Shown here piece after piece: positions 39,414 through 49,408 of a stretch of DNA of 64,000 nt. The notes under the pieces were generated by a model. That model saw nothing but the letters and a program-made list of their open reading frames with translations. It was not told the origin of the DNA and did not search any database. Source of the stretch: an uncultured Verrucomicrobiae bacterium (lineage in GTDB: Bacteria; Verrucomicrobiota; Verrucomicrobiia; Chthoniobacterales; JAATET01); contig CAVRCI010000012.1 in the NCBI GenBank assembly GCA_963719495.1, positions 32,001 through 96,000 on the forward strand. Direction: 5' to 3'. Numbering within the stretch: position 1 is the first letter of the stretch; each line of letters begins with the position of its first letter. Made by a program: the position numbers and the translations under genes.

Positions 39414-40346
39414 ATGGAAATTTCCGCCGATCTCCCCGTCGTCGACCTCGATCTCACCGTTCGGGTCGGCTACGAAATTTCCTACGAGACCACCTCGCCG
39501 ACTCCGGCCTTGGTCACGCTGAAACCACGGCAGGACCCCTTCCAATCGATCCGTCAGGAGAGCATCGGATTCGAACCCGAGCCGCACGCGACGGAATTCG
39601 AGGACGACCACGAGAACATCGTCTACCGGATGAAGCTCGCGGCGGGGCGCAACGTCATGCGCTACGACGCGTTGGTGAACGTCCCAGCGCGTAGCGAGGA
39701 CTTCCTCTGGCTCGACGAGCCCCACGCCCCGCACCTCCTGCCCGCCGCGATCCTGCGTTACACGGTCCCGACGCGCTACTGCGACTCCGACAAGCTCCTC
39801 GACTTCGCGTGGCAGAAATTCGGCCACCTGCCGCAGGGCCTCGGACGAATCCGCGCGATCTGCGCCTGGTTGCACGAAAACATCGAGTATCGCACCGGGA
39901 CCTACAGCGCGAACACGTCGGCCTGGGAGACCATCCAGCGCGGCTACGGCGTGTGCCGCGATCTCGCGCACGCCGGGGTGGCGCTGTGCCGCACCTTCAA
40001 TCTGCCCGCCCGATACGTCAGTGGCTACGTGCCCGACATCGGGTGCGAGGATCCCGGGACGCCGATGGATTTCCACGCCTACTTCGAGGTCTTCATGGGC
40101 GGGCGCTGGCAGGTCTTCGACGCCCGGTTCGCCGGGCCGCGGACGGGGCGCATCCGGATTTGTGCCGGCTACGACGCGGTCAACTGCGCGTTCGGCACGT
40201 TTTTTGGTTCGGCGATTCTGACGAATTTCACGGTCTGGTCCTATCAGGTCGATCCGGTCGACGTGCGGGTCGGGGACCCCGTCGACCTGTCGAAACGCTG
40301 GTGCGGAACGCCCGAAATCCGCCGGCCCGCCGCGGCGATGGTTTGA
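39414..40346 (+). CDS. Transglutaminase-like protein
   Basis: GVCRDLAH, PARYVSGY, DFHAYFEV and FDAR (Cys-His-Asp triad). Confidence 0.9.
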   Translation: MEISADLPVVDLDLTVRVGYEISYETTSPTPALVTLKPRQDPFQSIRQESIGFEPEPHATEFEDDHENIVYRMKLAAGRNVMRYDALVNVPARSEDFLWLDEPHAPHLLPAAILRYTVPTRYCDSDKLLDFAWQKFGHLPQGLGRIRAICAWLHENIEYRTGTYSANTSAWETIQRGYGVCRDLAHAGVALCRTFNLPARYVSGYVPDIGCEDPGTPMDFHAYFEVFMGGRWQVFDARFAGPRTGRIRICAGYDAVNCAFGTFFGSAILTNFTVWSYQVDPVDVRVGDPVDLSKRWCGTPEIRRPAAAMV

Positions 40347-40423
40347 TTCCCGCCCAGCCATTTCCGAATTAGGGCTTTCGTGAGCAGCGACCCGGGGTAA
40401 CTTCCACGAAACCTCCATCTCTC

Positions 40424-40831
40424 ATGAAAATCGTCGAACAACTCGCCCTCTTCCTCGACAACCAGCCCGGAACTCTCGCGGCCGTCTGCGACGCCCTCGC
40501 GGACGAACGAATCAGCATTTACGCGCTGAGCGTGGCGGACTCCTCGGACTACGCGGTGATCCGCCTGGTCGTGAGCGACCCTCGCCGGGCGCTGCATTTG
40601 TTCGAGGAGCGTGGGACTCTCGTGATCGAGAGCGACGTCCTCATGCTCGAGGGTTCGAACAAACCGGGCGGGCTCTCCGCCATCGTGAAGGTCCTCGCGA
40701 AGAAGAAGATCAACATCGACTACGCCTACCTCGCGACCCTGCCAACCGCGAAAAAGGGCCTCCTCATTCTCAGCGTGAGCGACGTGAAGCGCGGGCAGAA
40801 GGCGCTCCAGGACGCCGGCCTGGACCGCTGA
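40424..40831 (+). CDS. ACT domain protein
   Basis: Tandem ACT repeats: LDNQPGTLA, NKPGGL, NIDYAY. Confidence 0.88.
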   Translation: MKIVEQLALFLDNQPGTLAAVCDALADERISIYALSVADSSDYAVIRLVVSDPRRALHLFEERGTLVIESDVLMLEGSNKPGGLSAIVKVLAKKKINIDYAYLATLPTAKKGLLILSVSDVKRGQKALQDAGLDR

Positions 40832-40851
40832 TCCGGCCTCGGGATCGTCGA

Positions 40852-43470
40852 TCAGGCGCGCTCGCTGATCTTGCGGAGAGTCCGCTCGAGGGCGTCGCGG
40901 CGGATCGGTTTGGTGAGGTAAAAATCCATTCCGGCGGCGAAACACGCTTCGCGATCATCGCTCATCGCTCCGGCGGTGAGCGCGACGATCGGCAGGGGCG
41001 AGCGGCGTCCCACCCCGCCGAGTTCACGCTCGCGGATGGCTCGCGTCGCGTCGAGCCCGTCGATCTCGGGCATCTGGACATCCATCAGGATGACGTCGAA
41101 GGACCCGGCCTCCAGCGCCGCGTAACATTCCTTCGCCGAGCCGACGGCCTCGCTGCGATCCCCGAGCAGGGCGAGCAGCTGCGTGGTGAGCCGACGGTTG
41201 ATGGGATTATCGTCGACGACGAGCACTCGCAACGCCCGGCGCGAGGTCTCGTTGATCGGCGGCGGCTCCCGCCTCTGGTCGCCGGACAGGGAGGCGGCCT
41301 CCATTTCCGTCGGCAGCACGAGCGGGATCTCGAGGTAGAAGGTCGTCCCGTCCTCCGACGACTTGACGATGCCAATCTCGCCGTCGAGCAGGCCGGCGAG
41401 CCGCCTGCTGATGGCCAGGCCCAGGCCGGTGCCGCCGAAGCGCCGCGTCGTCGACGTGTCGGCCTGGGAGAAGGGCTGGAAGAGGTTCTGAATTTTCTCG
41501 GCGGAAATGCCGATGCCCGTATCGACGACCTCGAAGCGAACGACCGGAGCCTCCGACGTGTTCGCCCTCCGCACGTCGACCGTGACACTGCCACGGTCGG
41601 TGAATTTGACGGCGTTCCCGACGAGGTTGATGAGAATCTGGCGCAGTCGGGCGGAATCCGTTCGGACGTGGCGGGGGATGCCGGGGTCGATGCGAATTTC
41701 GAGGGCCACGTCGCGCGAGCGGCTGGCGGGGAGGTAGAGATCCACGACGTCCTCGACGCAGCGGTGGAGATCCGTCGCGACAATCTCGACGGCCATGCGC
41801 CCGGACTCGATCTTCGAGAAATCGAGGATGTCGTTGAGCAGGACGAGCAGGGCGTCGCCGCTGCGCTGGATCGTGTCGAGGTATTCGCGCTGCAGGTCGT
41901 CGAGCGGGGTCTGGAGGATGAGGTCGGCGAATCCCAGGACGCTGTTGAGCGGCGTCCGGATCTCGTGGCTCATCATCGCGAGGAAGGCGCTCTTCGTGAG
42001 AGCGGCGGCCTCGGCGGCTTCCTTCTGGAAGCGCAGTTCCTGCTCGTGACGCTGCCTCTCGGTGATGTCGAGCGAGGCCCCGCGGTAGCCGATGCATTGG
42101 CCACTGTCGTCGAATCGCGGCACGCCGCTCGCGGAGATCCAGAGAATCTCGCCGTCGGACCGCCGGATGCGGTGAACGAAATTCCGGAACGGTCCGGCCT
42201 CGGCGACGATCTCGTCGGATTCCTGCACCACCTGATCCCGGTCCTCGGCTGGCAGCCAGTCGAATGGGTGGTGGCCGAGAACGTCCTTCGGCGCGCGGCC
42301 CAACACCTCCTGCACGCGGGGCGAAACGAACACGTAACGCCCCTCGACGTCGACTTCCCAGATGAACTCGCCCACGGCGTCGCTCACGTCTCGAAAACGC
42401 TGCTCGCTGACGATGAGCTGCGCCTGCGCGGAGTGGATTTCGGACAAATCGTAGCACGCCAGCAGCAGGACCTCGCGCTGCTCGTCGGTCGCCCGGCTGA
42501 GGAAGACGTCCATCTCGAGACTCGAGCCATCGGTCCGGCGAAAGGTCCATTCGAAGTGGGCGAAGGATTCCTCCATCGCCCGCAGGACGTGCTCGGACCA
42601 GGCCTCGGCCGAGAGCGCGCCGTCCGGCTGGCGCTTCGGCCACAGACTCCAGAGCGGCATGGCGAGCAGCGCGTCCGGCGAATCGGCACCAAACGCGCGC
42701 GCCGCGGCGTGGTTGGCACGCAGGAATTCGTCGCCGTCGAACTCGAGGTGAGGCGTGGGATTTTGGCTAATGAATCCGGCGACGCTCTCGGCGGCCTTCC
42801 GTTCGGTGGCCTGGGCCGCGGTCAGATCGGCCTCCTGGCGGAGGGCCTGAAGCCGGGAGCGGTAGACGTAAAGCCCGAGACCGACCGCCGCCAGGAGAAC
42901 GGCGACCGTAGCTCCCAATCCGCCGACGACGATCCACGCGACCCACGTGCGGATGTTGGTGAGGTCGACGTCCACGGCGACGATGCGGTCGACCGCGCCA
43001 CCGCTCCCGTGGACGGGGGCGTAACCGGTGAGCGATCGCGGCGTCCGAAAAATGTCGGGCAGCCTCGCCTCGACCTCGTCGAGTCCCTGCCGGATCCGGG
43101 CGACGATCGAGGCCGTCAACGGCCCGCCAGCCTCCCGCGTGCCGCGGATCTGCCCGCCTTCGAGTGAATACACGCGCAACCCGACGACGGTCGGATCATC
43201 CGACAGCACCCCGGCGAGATCCGCGTCGAGTCGACCGCTCGGGGCGGACTGCGAAGGGAGCGCCGCCACGGACTGCGCCGCCCGCGCGGCCAGATCCTCG
43301 ACCCGCTCGTGCTCGTCGACGAGCAGCGACCCCCGCAACAGCAGCATCGCGAAGAGGGTGACGTGGGCGAGAACGAATCCGGCGGCGATCGCGGTGAAGA
43401 TCGCGTCGCGGACGGGACGGATTCCCGGTCCGGCGGCGGCGGACTGGGATGCGGGCGGGCGGCTTTTCAA
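40852..43470 (-). CDS. Hybrid PAS sensor histidine kinase/response regulator
   Basis: MSHEIRTPLN H-box, NAVKFT, DTGIG, GGTGLGL and receiver DVILMDVQMP; two TM segments; start uncertain. Confidence 0.92.
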   Translation of the reverse strand: MKSRPPASQSAAAGPGIRPVRDAIFTAIAAGFVLAHVTLFAMLLLRGSLLVDEHERVEDLAARAAQSVAALPSQSAPSGRLDADLAGVLSDDPTVVGLRVYSLEGGQIRGTREAGGPLTASIVARIRQGLDEVEARLPDIFRTPRSLTGYAPVHGSGGAVDRIVAVDVDLTNIRTWVAWIVVGGLGATVAVLLAAVGLGLYVYRSRLQALRQEADLTAAQATERKAAESVAGFISQNPTPHLEFDGDEFLRANHAAARAFGADSPDALLAMPLWSLWPKRQPDGALSAEAWSEHVLRAMEESFAHFEWTFRRTDGSSLEMDVFLSRATDEQREVLLLACYDLSEIHSAQAQLIVSEQRFRDVSDAVGEFIWEVDVEGRYVFVSPRVQEVLGRAPKDVLGHHPFDWLPAEDRDQVVQESDEIVAEAGPFRNFVHRIRRSDGEILWISASGVPRFDDSGQCIGYRGASLDITERQRHEQELRFQKEAAEAAALTKSAFLAMMSHEIRTPLNSVLGFADLILQTPLDDLQREYLDTIQRSGDALLVLLNDILDFSKIESGRMAVEIVATDLHRCVEDVVDLYLPASRSRDVALEIRIDPGIPRHVRTDSARLRQILINLVGNAVKFTDRGSVTVDVRRANTSEAPVVRFEVVDTGIGISAEKIQNLFQPFSQADTSTTRRFGGTGLGLAISRRLAGLLDGEIGIVKSSEDGTTFYLEIPLVLPTEMEAASLSGDQRREPPPINETSRRALRVLVVDDNPINRRLTTQLLALLGDRSEAVGSAKECYAALEAGSFDVILMDVQMPEIDGLDATRAIRERELGGVGRRSPLPIVALTAGAMSDDREACFAAGMDFYLTKPIRRDALERTLRKISERA

Positions 43471-43584
43471 AACTCGGGATGGGGCTTGCGCCCGATCAGG
43501 TTTGCCACGCTGGATTGAGGATTGCAAACGCGGGGGGCATTTGCGACGACGGACAAGGCTTTTCAACCCGCCTTGATCGATCGA

Positions 43585-44742
43585 ATGAACGTCCTCCGAC
43601 CCGCCACCCACTCAATCGCCATTGTGCTCTGCCTCGCCGCCACGTCGGCCTTCGCGCAGGACACCCCCACCATCACGGTGCGAAAAACCGACGCGGTCAG
43701 TCTGGCCGTCGAGGGCATCGGCGGCGGTGAGGGCCCGGCCGTGCAATCCGTCCTCACGAACGATCTTTCCCTCGCGGGCTGGTTCTCCCTGTCGGCCCCC
43801 GGCAGCGCGTCCTACGTCGTGTCGGGTTCGGCGTCCGGCGGATCGCTCAGCGGGACGGTCAAGGACCGCGGCGGGGCCACCGTTCTGAGTGGAAAATACT
43901 CCGGCACGCCGCGCGAGCGGGCGCACCAATTCGCCGACGAGATCGTCGAGACGATCACCGGGAATCCCGGCATCGCGACGTCGACGATCGCGTTCGTCTC
44001 CACGAAGACCGGGAAAAAGGAGATTTACACGGCCGACTACGATGGCGCGAACGTCAAGCAGCTCACCCGCGACGGCGTCATCAGCGTGGCTCCGGCGATC
44101 AGCCCCAACGCCCGCAAACTCGCCTACACCGGCTACCAGAGCGGCTACGCCGACATCTATCTGGTGGAACTCGCCAGCGGCTCCCGTAATCGGATCATCA
44201 AATTCCCCGGCACGAACAGCGGCGCGGCATTCTCGCCCGACGGTGGCCGCATCGCGTGCTCGATCAGCAAGGACGGCAACCCGGAACTCTACGTCCTGAG
44301 CGCCAACGGCGGAGGTGCCCGCCGCCTCACCCGCACCCGCGGCGTCGAGTCGTCGCCGAGCTGGTCGCCGGATGGCGGCGAGATCGCCTATTCGTCGGAC
44401 GAAGGCGGTAGCCCGCAGATTTACCGCATCGGCTCCGGCGGCGGATCGGCCCGCAAGATCAACACCGGCTACGGCTACTGCACCGAGCCGAGCTGGTCGC
44501 CGGACGGCAAAAAACTCGCCTTCACGGCGCGGACGGGCGGTTTTTCCATCGCGATGGTCGATCTGGCTTCGGGCGGCGCACGCATCCTCGCGTCGGGCGA
44601 GAACCCCGAGTGGGGCGCGAATTCCCGCCACGTCATCTACAGTTCGGGATCGTCGATCATCCTGCTCGACACGCAAACCGGCCGACCCACCACGGTCGTA
44701 TCGGGTCTCGGCAAGGTCTCCGAACCCTCGTGGTCGCGTTGA
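43585..44742 (+). CDS. tolB: TolB-like beta-propeller protein
   Basis: AHQFADEI, repeated P.WSPDG (PD40) motifs; lies upstream of pal. Confidence 0.88.
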   Translation: MNVLRPATHSIAIVLCLAATSAFAQDTPTITVRKTDAVSLAVEGIGGGEGPAVQSVLTNDLSLAGWFSLSAPGSASYVVSGSASGGSLSGTVKDRGGATVLSGKYSGTPRERAHQFADEIVETITGNPGIATSTIAFVSTKTGKKEIYTADYDGANVKQLTRDGVISVAPAISPNARKLAYTGYQSGYADIYLVELASGSRNRIIKFPGTNSGAAFSPDGGRIACSISKDGNPELYVLSANGGGARRLTRTRGVESSPSWSPDGGEIAYSSDEGGSPQIYRIGSGGGSARKINTGYGYCTEPSWSPDGKKLAFTARTGGFSIAMVDLASGGARILASGENPEWGANSRHVIYSSGSSIILLDTQTGRPTTVVSGLGKVSEPSWSR

Positions 44743-44793
44743 TCGGCGGATAAGCATTGAGTTTTCGTTCGAAACGGCGTTTTCAATAGCGGC

Positions 44794-45300
44794 ATGAAGC
44801 GATTTTTCTCAGTTGTTCTCGTCACCGCGCTCGCGGTCGGCCTCACGTCCTGCGCCAACAAGAAGGGGACCGATGGCGACTACGTCGGCGTCGATGGCGA
44901 TTACGTGACCGGCACGCCGCTTCCGGATCGGATCGAAGGCTCGAATTTCTTCGGCTCGACGGTGAACCGCAGCCAATTCCCACCCGTTTACTTCGGCTAC
45001 GACAGCGTCGAGGTCGCCGACTCCGAATTCACGACCCTGGACACCGTCGCCTCCTCGATGCAGGGGCTCGACAACGACATCATCATCGCCGGCTTCACCG
45101 ACGAGCGGGGCACCGAGGAATACAATCGCGGTCTCGGCGAGCGCCGGGCGCAGGCCGTCCGCGAAGCGCTCATCGGAATGGGAATCAGCGGCCAGCGCAT
45201 CCAGACCGTCAGCTTCGGCGAGGAAATGCCCGCCGACGCCGGCAGCGGCGACTCCGCCTGGGCGGCCAACCGCCGCGCGGAGTTCGGCGTCATTCGCTAG
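44794..45300 (+). CDS. pal: Peptidoglycan-associated lipoprotein (OmpA family)
   Basis: Lipobox LTSC, DERGTEEYNRGLGERRA and NRRAEF motifs. Confidence 0.9.
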   Translation: MKRFFSVVLVTALAVGLTSCANKKGTDGDYVGVDGDYVTGTPLPDRIEGSNFFGSTVNRSQFPPVYFGYDSVEVADSEFTTLDTVASSMQGLDNDIIIAGFTDERGTEEYNRGLGERRAQAVREALIGMGISGQRIQTVSFGEEMPADAGSGDSAWAANRRAEFGVIR

Positions 45301-45310
45301 ATCGGCTGGC

Positions 45311-46501
45311 GTGGCCGTTCCCCTACTCGACCTCGCGCGGCAATACGCGCGCATCAAGGACGCCGTCTCGGCCGAGATCGAGGCCGTCGTGGCGTCGCAG
45401 GCGTTCATCCTCGGCCCCAAAGTCGAGGCGCTGGAATCGGAGTTCGTCACCGCGACCGGCTGCGGCCACGCGGTCGGCATGTCGTCCGGCACCGACGCGT
45501 GGCTGGCCATCCTCATGGCGGAGGGCTGGGGCCCGCGTGACGCGATCGTCACGACGCCCTACACGTTTTTTGCGACGGTCGGTTGCGTCCACCGCCTCGG
45601 GATCGAGACCGTCTTCGTCGACATCGACCCGGTCACCTACAACCTCGATCCCGCAAAATTGGAGGATTGCCTCGCCGGGATGAGCCGCGGGCCGGACGGG
45701 GAATTCATCACGCCGAACGGCAACACGCTCCGCGCCATCGTCCCCGTCCACCTCTTCGGCCTCGTCTGCGAGATGGACGCGATCCGGCGGATCGCGACGA
45801 ATTGTCGGCTCAAGATCGTCGAAGACGCCGCGCAGGCCATCGGGGCCGAGTATCCCGGCGAGGCGGGCACGTTGCGGGCGGGCGCCATCGGGGAATACGG
45901 CTACTTCAGCTTCTTCCCGGCGAAAAATCTCGGAGCCTACGGCGACGCGGGGCTCTCGACGTGCGCGGCAGCCGGGGACGCCGACCGCCTCCGCCTGATG
46001 CGTAATCACGGGATGGAGCAGCGGTATTTTCACCGCGAAGTCGGTGGGAATTTCCGCCTCGATTCGCTCCAGGCCGCGATCCTCAGCGTCAAATTCCCCC
46101 ACGTGGCCCAATGGAACGCCGAGCGCCGCCGCAACGCCGACCTCTACGCCGAAGCCTTCGACGCCGCCGGACTCACCGACCGGCTCACGCTACCCGCCCG
46201 CCCCTTCCGCGGCCGCGTCGAGAGCGACCACATTTTCCATCAGTTCGTCCTCCGCGCTCCGCACCGCGACGCACTCTCGCGGCACCTCGCCGATCGGAAG
46301 ATTGGCCACGGGATCTACTACCCCGTGCCGCTCCACCGGCAGGAGTGCTTCGCGTATCTCGAGTACGAGGAAGGCAGCCTCCCGGAATCCGAACGCGCGG
46401 CGCTCGAGACCCTCGCGCTCCCGATCTTCTCCGAGCTCCGCGAGGACGAGATCGGCGAAATCGTCGACGCCGTCGCGGCGTTCTACGAGAGCCACGCCTG
46501 A
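45311..46501 (+). CDS. DegT/DnrJ/EryC1/StrS aminotransferase
   Basis: SSGTDA, VHLFG, EDAAQAIGA and SFFPAKNLG motifs. Confidence 0.93.
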   Translation: MAVPLLDLARQYARIKDAVSAEIEAVVASQAFILGPKVEALESEFVTATGCGHAVGMSSGTDAWLAILMAEGWGPRDAIVTTPYTFFATVGCVHRLGIETVFVDIDPVTYNLDPAKLEDCLAGMSRGPDGEFITPNGNTLRAIVPVHLFGLVCEMDAIRRIATNCRLKIVEDAAQAIGAEYPGEAGTLRAGAIGEYGYFSFFPAKNLGAYGDAGLSTCAAAGDADRLRLMRNHGMEQRYFHREVGGNFRLDSLQAAILSVKFPHVAQWNAERRRNADLYAEAFDAAGLTDRLTLPARPFRGRVESDHIFHQFVLRAPHRDALSRHLADRKIGHGIYYPVPLHRQECFAYLEYEEGSLPESERAALETLALPIFSELREDEIGEIVDAVAAFYESHA

Positions 46502-46529
46502 TACTCCTTCGCGGGAGTGCCGCCGCCCA

Positions 46530-48386
46530 CTAACCGGACTGGTCCGCCGAATCTTCGGCCGCCGAATCGTCGTCGCCGTCAGCGCCGGCGCCATTGAACG
46601 CCTGCTCGAGTGCCTTACCGATCAGCGGAGCCGCGTGCGATCCGCCGTGAATGCTGTCGTCGCCGGGCTTGCCTTCGTAGACAGCCGCGAAGGCATATCG
46701 GGCGTTGTCCGCCGGTGCGAATCCGCAGAACCACGCCGCCGTCTTCTGGTTATCCTTCGGACCCCACTGCGCGGTCCCCGTCTTGCCCGCGACGTGGATG
46801 CCGTCGACCTGCGCGCGGTGCGCCGTGCCATTGCCCGCCTCCGTCACGTCGACCAACGCCTTGCGGAGCTGATCCATGATCTCGTCCGAAATCGGCAGCT
46901 CGGCTCGCAGGCGATCCGGGTAGGCGGCGACCACGCCATTGTCGAGCGACTGGATCTGCTTCACGAGCCGGGTCTGGTGAAATTTCCCGCCTTCCGCGAT
47001 CACCCCCATCGCCTGCGCCATCTGGAGCGGCGTGATGAGAATGTCGCCCTGCCCGATGCTCATGTTCGCGACGTCGCCGTTGAGAATCTTCCGCTTGTGG
47101 ACGCGCAGCATGTATTCGTCGGTCGGGATGTTTCCCGAGGCCTCGGCCTGCAGCGGGATGCCGGTCCTCTGACCCAATCCGAGCCGAGTCGCCCAGTCGA
47201 TGATCGGCTCCGACCCGATCTTGATCCCGACCTGGTAGAACCACGTGTTGCAGGACTGCGTGAGCGCCTCGACAAAGTTCAGCGAACCCGCGCCGGTCTT
47301 CTTCCAATTCCGGAAAACAAAATTCCCAACGCTCAGCGCCGCCGGACACCCGAACTCCGACGACGGCTTGATCTTGCCGGTCTCGAGCGCGGCCAATCCG
47401 ACGATCGTCTTGAAGATCGACCCGGGCGGATACGCCGACCGAAACGCCCGCGGATACAGCGGCACGGCGGGATCGTTGTTCAGCACGTCGAAGTCGGCCT
47501 GCGTCACGTAAGGCACGAAGACGTTCGGGTCGAAGCTCGGCCACGACGCCATCGCCAGAATCTCCCCCGTTTTCGGATCGATCATCACGATCGCCCCGCG
47601 CTCGCAATTCTTCTCCAGCACTTCTTCGCAGATCGCCTGCAGCCGGGCGTCGATGGTCGAAATCACGTTGTACCCCGGCACCGGCGGCTGCGCGATTCGC
47701 TCCGACGTCTTCCGTCCCTCGGCGTCGAACGTGAGGCTCAGGACTCCCGGGCGGCCTTCGAGCTCGGTGTTGAAAATCTGCTCCAGCCCTTCGCGACCCT
47801 CGCTTTCGGAGAAAATCAGATCGCCGTTTTCGATCGGTTTGAGCGAAAGCGGTGCCTGCTGCCCGACGTAACCGATGATGTGAGCCGCCAGCCGCCCCTG
47901 CGGGTAAAAACGCGCGTAGCTCTGCCGCAAAACGAGCGTCGGCGTCACCCCAGCCGCCACGACGGATAACTCGCTCGCCTGCAGATCCTCGGCGATGTCA
48001 TACGGCAGCGCGCCCCGATTTTTGTAATGATCGAGGACCTTCTTCTCGTTGATCCGGATCTCCCGTCCCAGCAAACCCCGCGCCAGGGTCGCCTGCTGCC
48101 GCGCGAAAGCGACCACCCGCTCGTCGGTGAAATCCAGCGGAGAAGGAAACGCGATCGCCAGATTGTAGCTCACCTCGGACTGCGCAAAGGGCTTGCCGTT
48201 GCGGTCCGTGATCAGGCCGCGCGGAGCCGGGATGCCGAGCTGCCAGGTGCGCGCCTGCTTCTGCGTCTCCCACGTCGGCTTGGGATTTTCGACCGTCCCC
48301 GTGTTGTCCACCACAGCCTCCTGACCGACCGCGGCCGCCACCAGCCCTATCCCCACCAAACTCCGAAGCAAACGCGTCATTTTCAC
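46530..48386 (-). CDS. mrdA: Penicillin-binding protein 2 (class B transpeptidase)
   Basis: PAPRGLITDRNG; SxxK (SIFK), SxN (SCN) and KTG motifs. Confidence 0.92.
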   Translation of the reverse strand: MKMTRLLRSLVGIGLVAAAVGQEAVVDNTGTVENPKPTWETQKQARTWQLGIPAPRGLITDRNGKPFAQSEVSYNLAIAFPSPLDFTDERVVAFARQQATLARGLLGREIRINEKKVLDHYKNRGALPYDIAEDLQASELSVVAAGVTPTLVLRQSYARFYPQGRLAAHIIGYVGQQAPLSLKPIENGDLIFSESEGREGLEQIFNTELEGRPGVLSLTFDAEGRKTSERIAQPPVPGYNVISTIDARLQAICEEVLEKNCERGAIVMIDPKTGEILAMASWPSFDPNVFVPYVTQADFDVLNNDPAVPLYPRAFRSAYPPGSIFKTIVGLAALETGKIKPSSEFGCPAALSVGNFVFRNWKKTGAGSLNFVEALTQSCNTWFYQVGIKIGSEPIIDWATRLGLGQRTGIPLQAEASGNIPTDEYMLRVHKRKILNGDVANMSIGQGDILITPLQMAQAMGVIAEGGKFHQTRLVKQIQSLDNGVVAAYPDRLRAELPISDEIMDQLRKALVDVTEAGNGTAHRAQVDGIHVAGKTGTAQWGPKDNQKTAAWFCGFAPADNARYAFAAVYEGKPGDDSIHGGSHAAPLIGKALEQAFNGAGADGDDDSAAEDSADQSG

Positions 48387-48450
48387 AAGGCCGCGAACAT
48401 AACCCCGGCCCCGTCAAAGGCAAATCCGCGCTTGATCGGATCGGAACTCC

Positions 48451-49041
48451 AGGTGTGATTGAGAGCGCGTCCGAGGCCGGACCGGAAAGTGGCTGTGGAA
48501 TTCGCGATAGCAAACCAGCACCCGTCGAGTCGCCAGCGAGGCCCACGCCCGGACGGCCAAGAGCCCGCGCGAGCGAATCAAACCTTCGGCTACCCTCGGA
48601 GTTCGCGGCAGAACCCCAATCCCCCACCTTCCCTGTAAAATGTGACGACCGTCACATTTTACAGGGAAGGGGATGGGCGGCGAGATGCTCGGGCGGAGCC
48701 CGGCTGGGTGCTTCTGGCGAGCCGTGGCGATCCGGAGTTTGCTTGTCGGAAGGCCGCCAATTCAGCCCCCCCGGCCTGGCAGCGGCGACCGCACCAATGA
48801 ATCCGCTCCCGATAAAACGTAACGGCCGTTACGTTTTATCGGTCGACGCTGCGGGGACTTGGGAGGAGGTGGGATATTGGGCTGAGGCGCGCTCGGATGA
48901 AGCGGGTGATCCGATGCCGACAGGTCGGATCGCGGCGATCTCCCGCGGATTCGTCGCCGGCATCCTGGTGCACCCTCGGTCACGCGTTGTTGGGTTTCGT
49001 GCGACTCTCCGACCGAACAGGACGCGCTCTCGATCTCATCC
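48451..49041. mobile_element. ~590-bp MITE-like element, copy 1
   Basis: 22-bp TIRs (18/22), flanks CGGAACTCC/CGGCGCTCC, internal palindromes at 48627-48670 and 48809-48842; homologous to 56013-56593. Confidence 0.85.
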
Positions 49042-49117
49042 CGGCGCTCCGTCGCTGGCTTCGGTGCGCACCCCGCCTTCGCAATCCTCGGTTTGCAGCA
49101 AACTTCCGGACTATTCG

Positions 49118-49408
49118 ATGCTTTTCGGTGAATTTCCCAGCGATCGAATCACCGTTGATCCGGACGAATCCGTCCTCGAGGACTTGGCCCGGATCACCGG
49201 CGAGAAGAAAAAAAGCCCCGCCGTCGCCCGGGCCGTCACCGAATTCATCGGTCGCAAGAAAGCCCGCGAGTTCGGGGCGCTCCTCCGCGAAGGTGCCTTC
49301 GATTACCCCGATACGAACGACGAGATCGGGAACTTCGGGCACTGGATCGCATGGTGCTCATGGATTCGTCCGGCTGGATCGAGGCGTCCCGCCGCCGGGG
49401 AGACCTGA
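49118..49408 (+). CDS. VapB-like antitoxin, termini possibly damaged
   Basis: RITVDPDESVLEDLARITGEKKKSPAVARAVTEF, directly upstream of a PIN toxin gene. Confidence 0.7.
   Translation: MLFGEFPSDRITVDPDESVLEDLARITGEKKKSPAVARAVTEFIGRKKAREFGALLREGAFDYPDTNDEIGNFGHWIAWCSWIRPAGSRRPAAGET

Noticed and set aside
48455..49408. 317-aa ORF spanning MITE copy 1 and fused to the antitoxin
   Set aside because: Homologous DNA in copy 2 is partly read in a different frame and is interrupted by a stop after a GAAC tract. The shared peptides reflect the DNA palindromes, not protein conservation.
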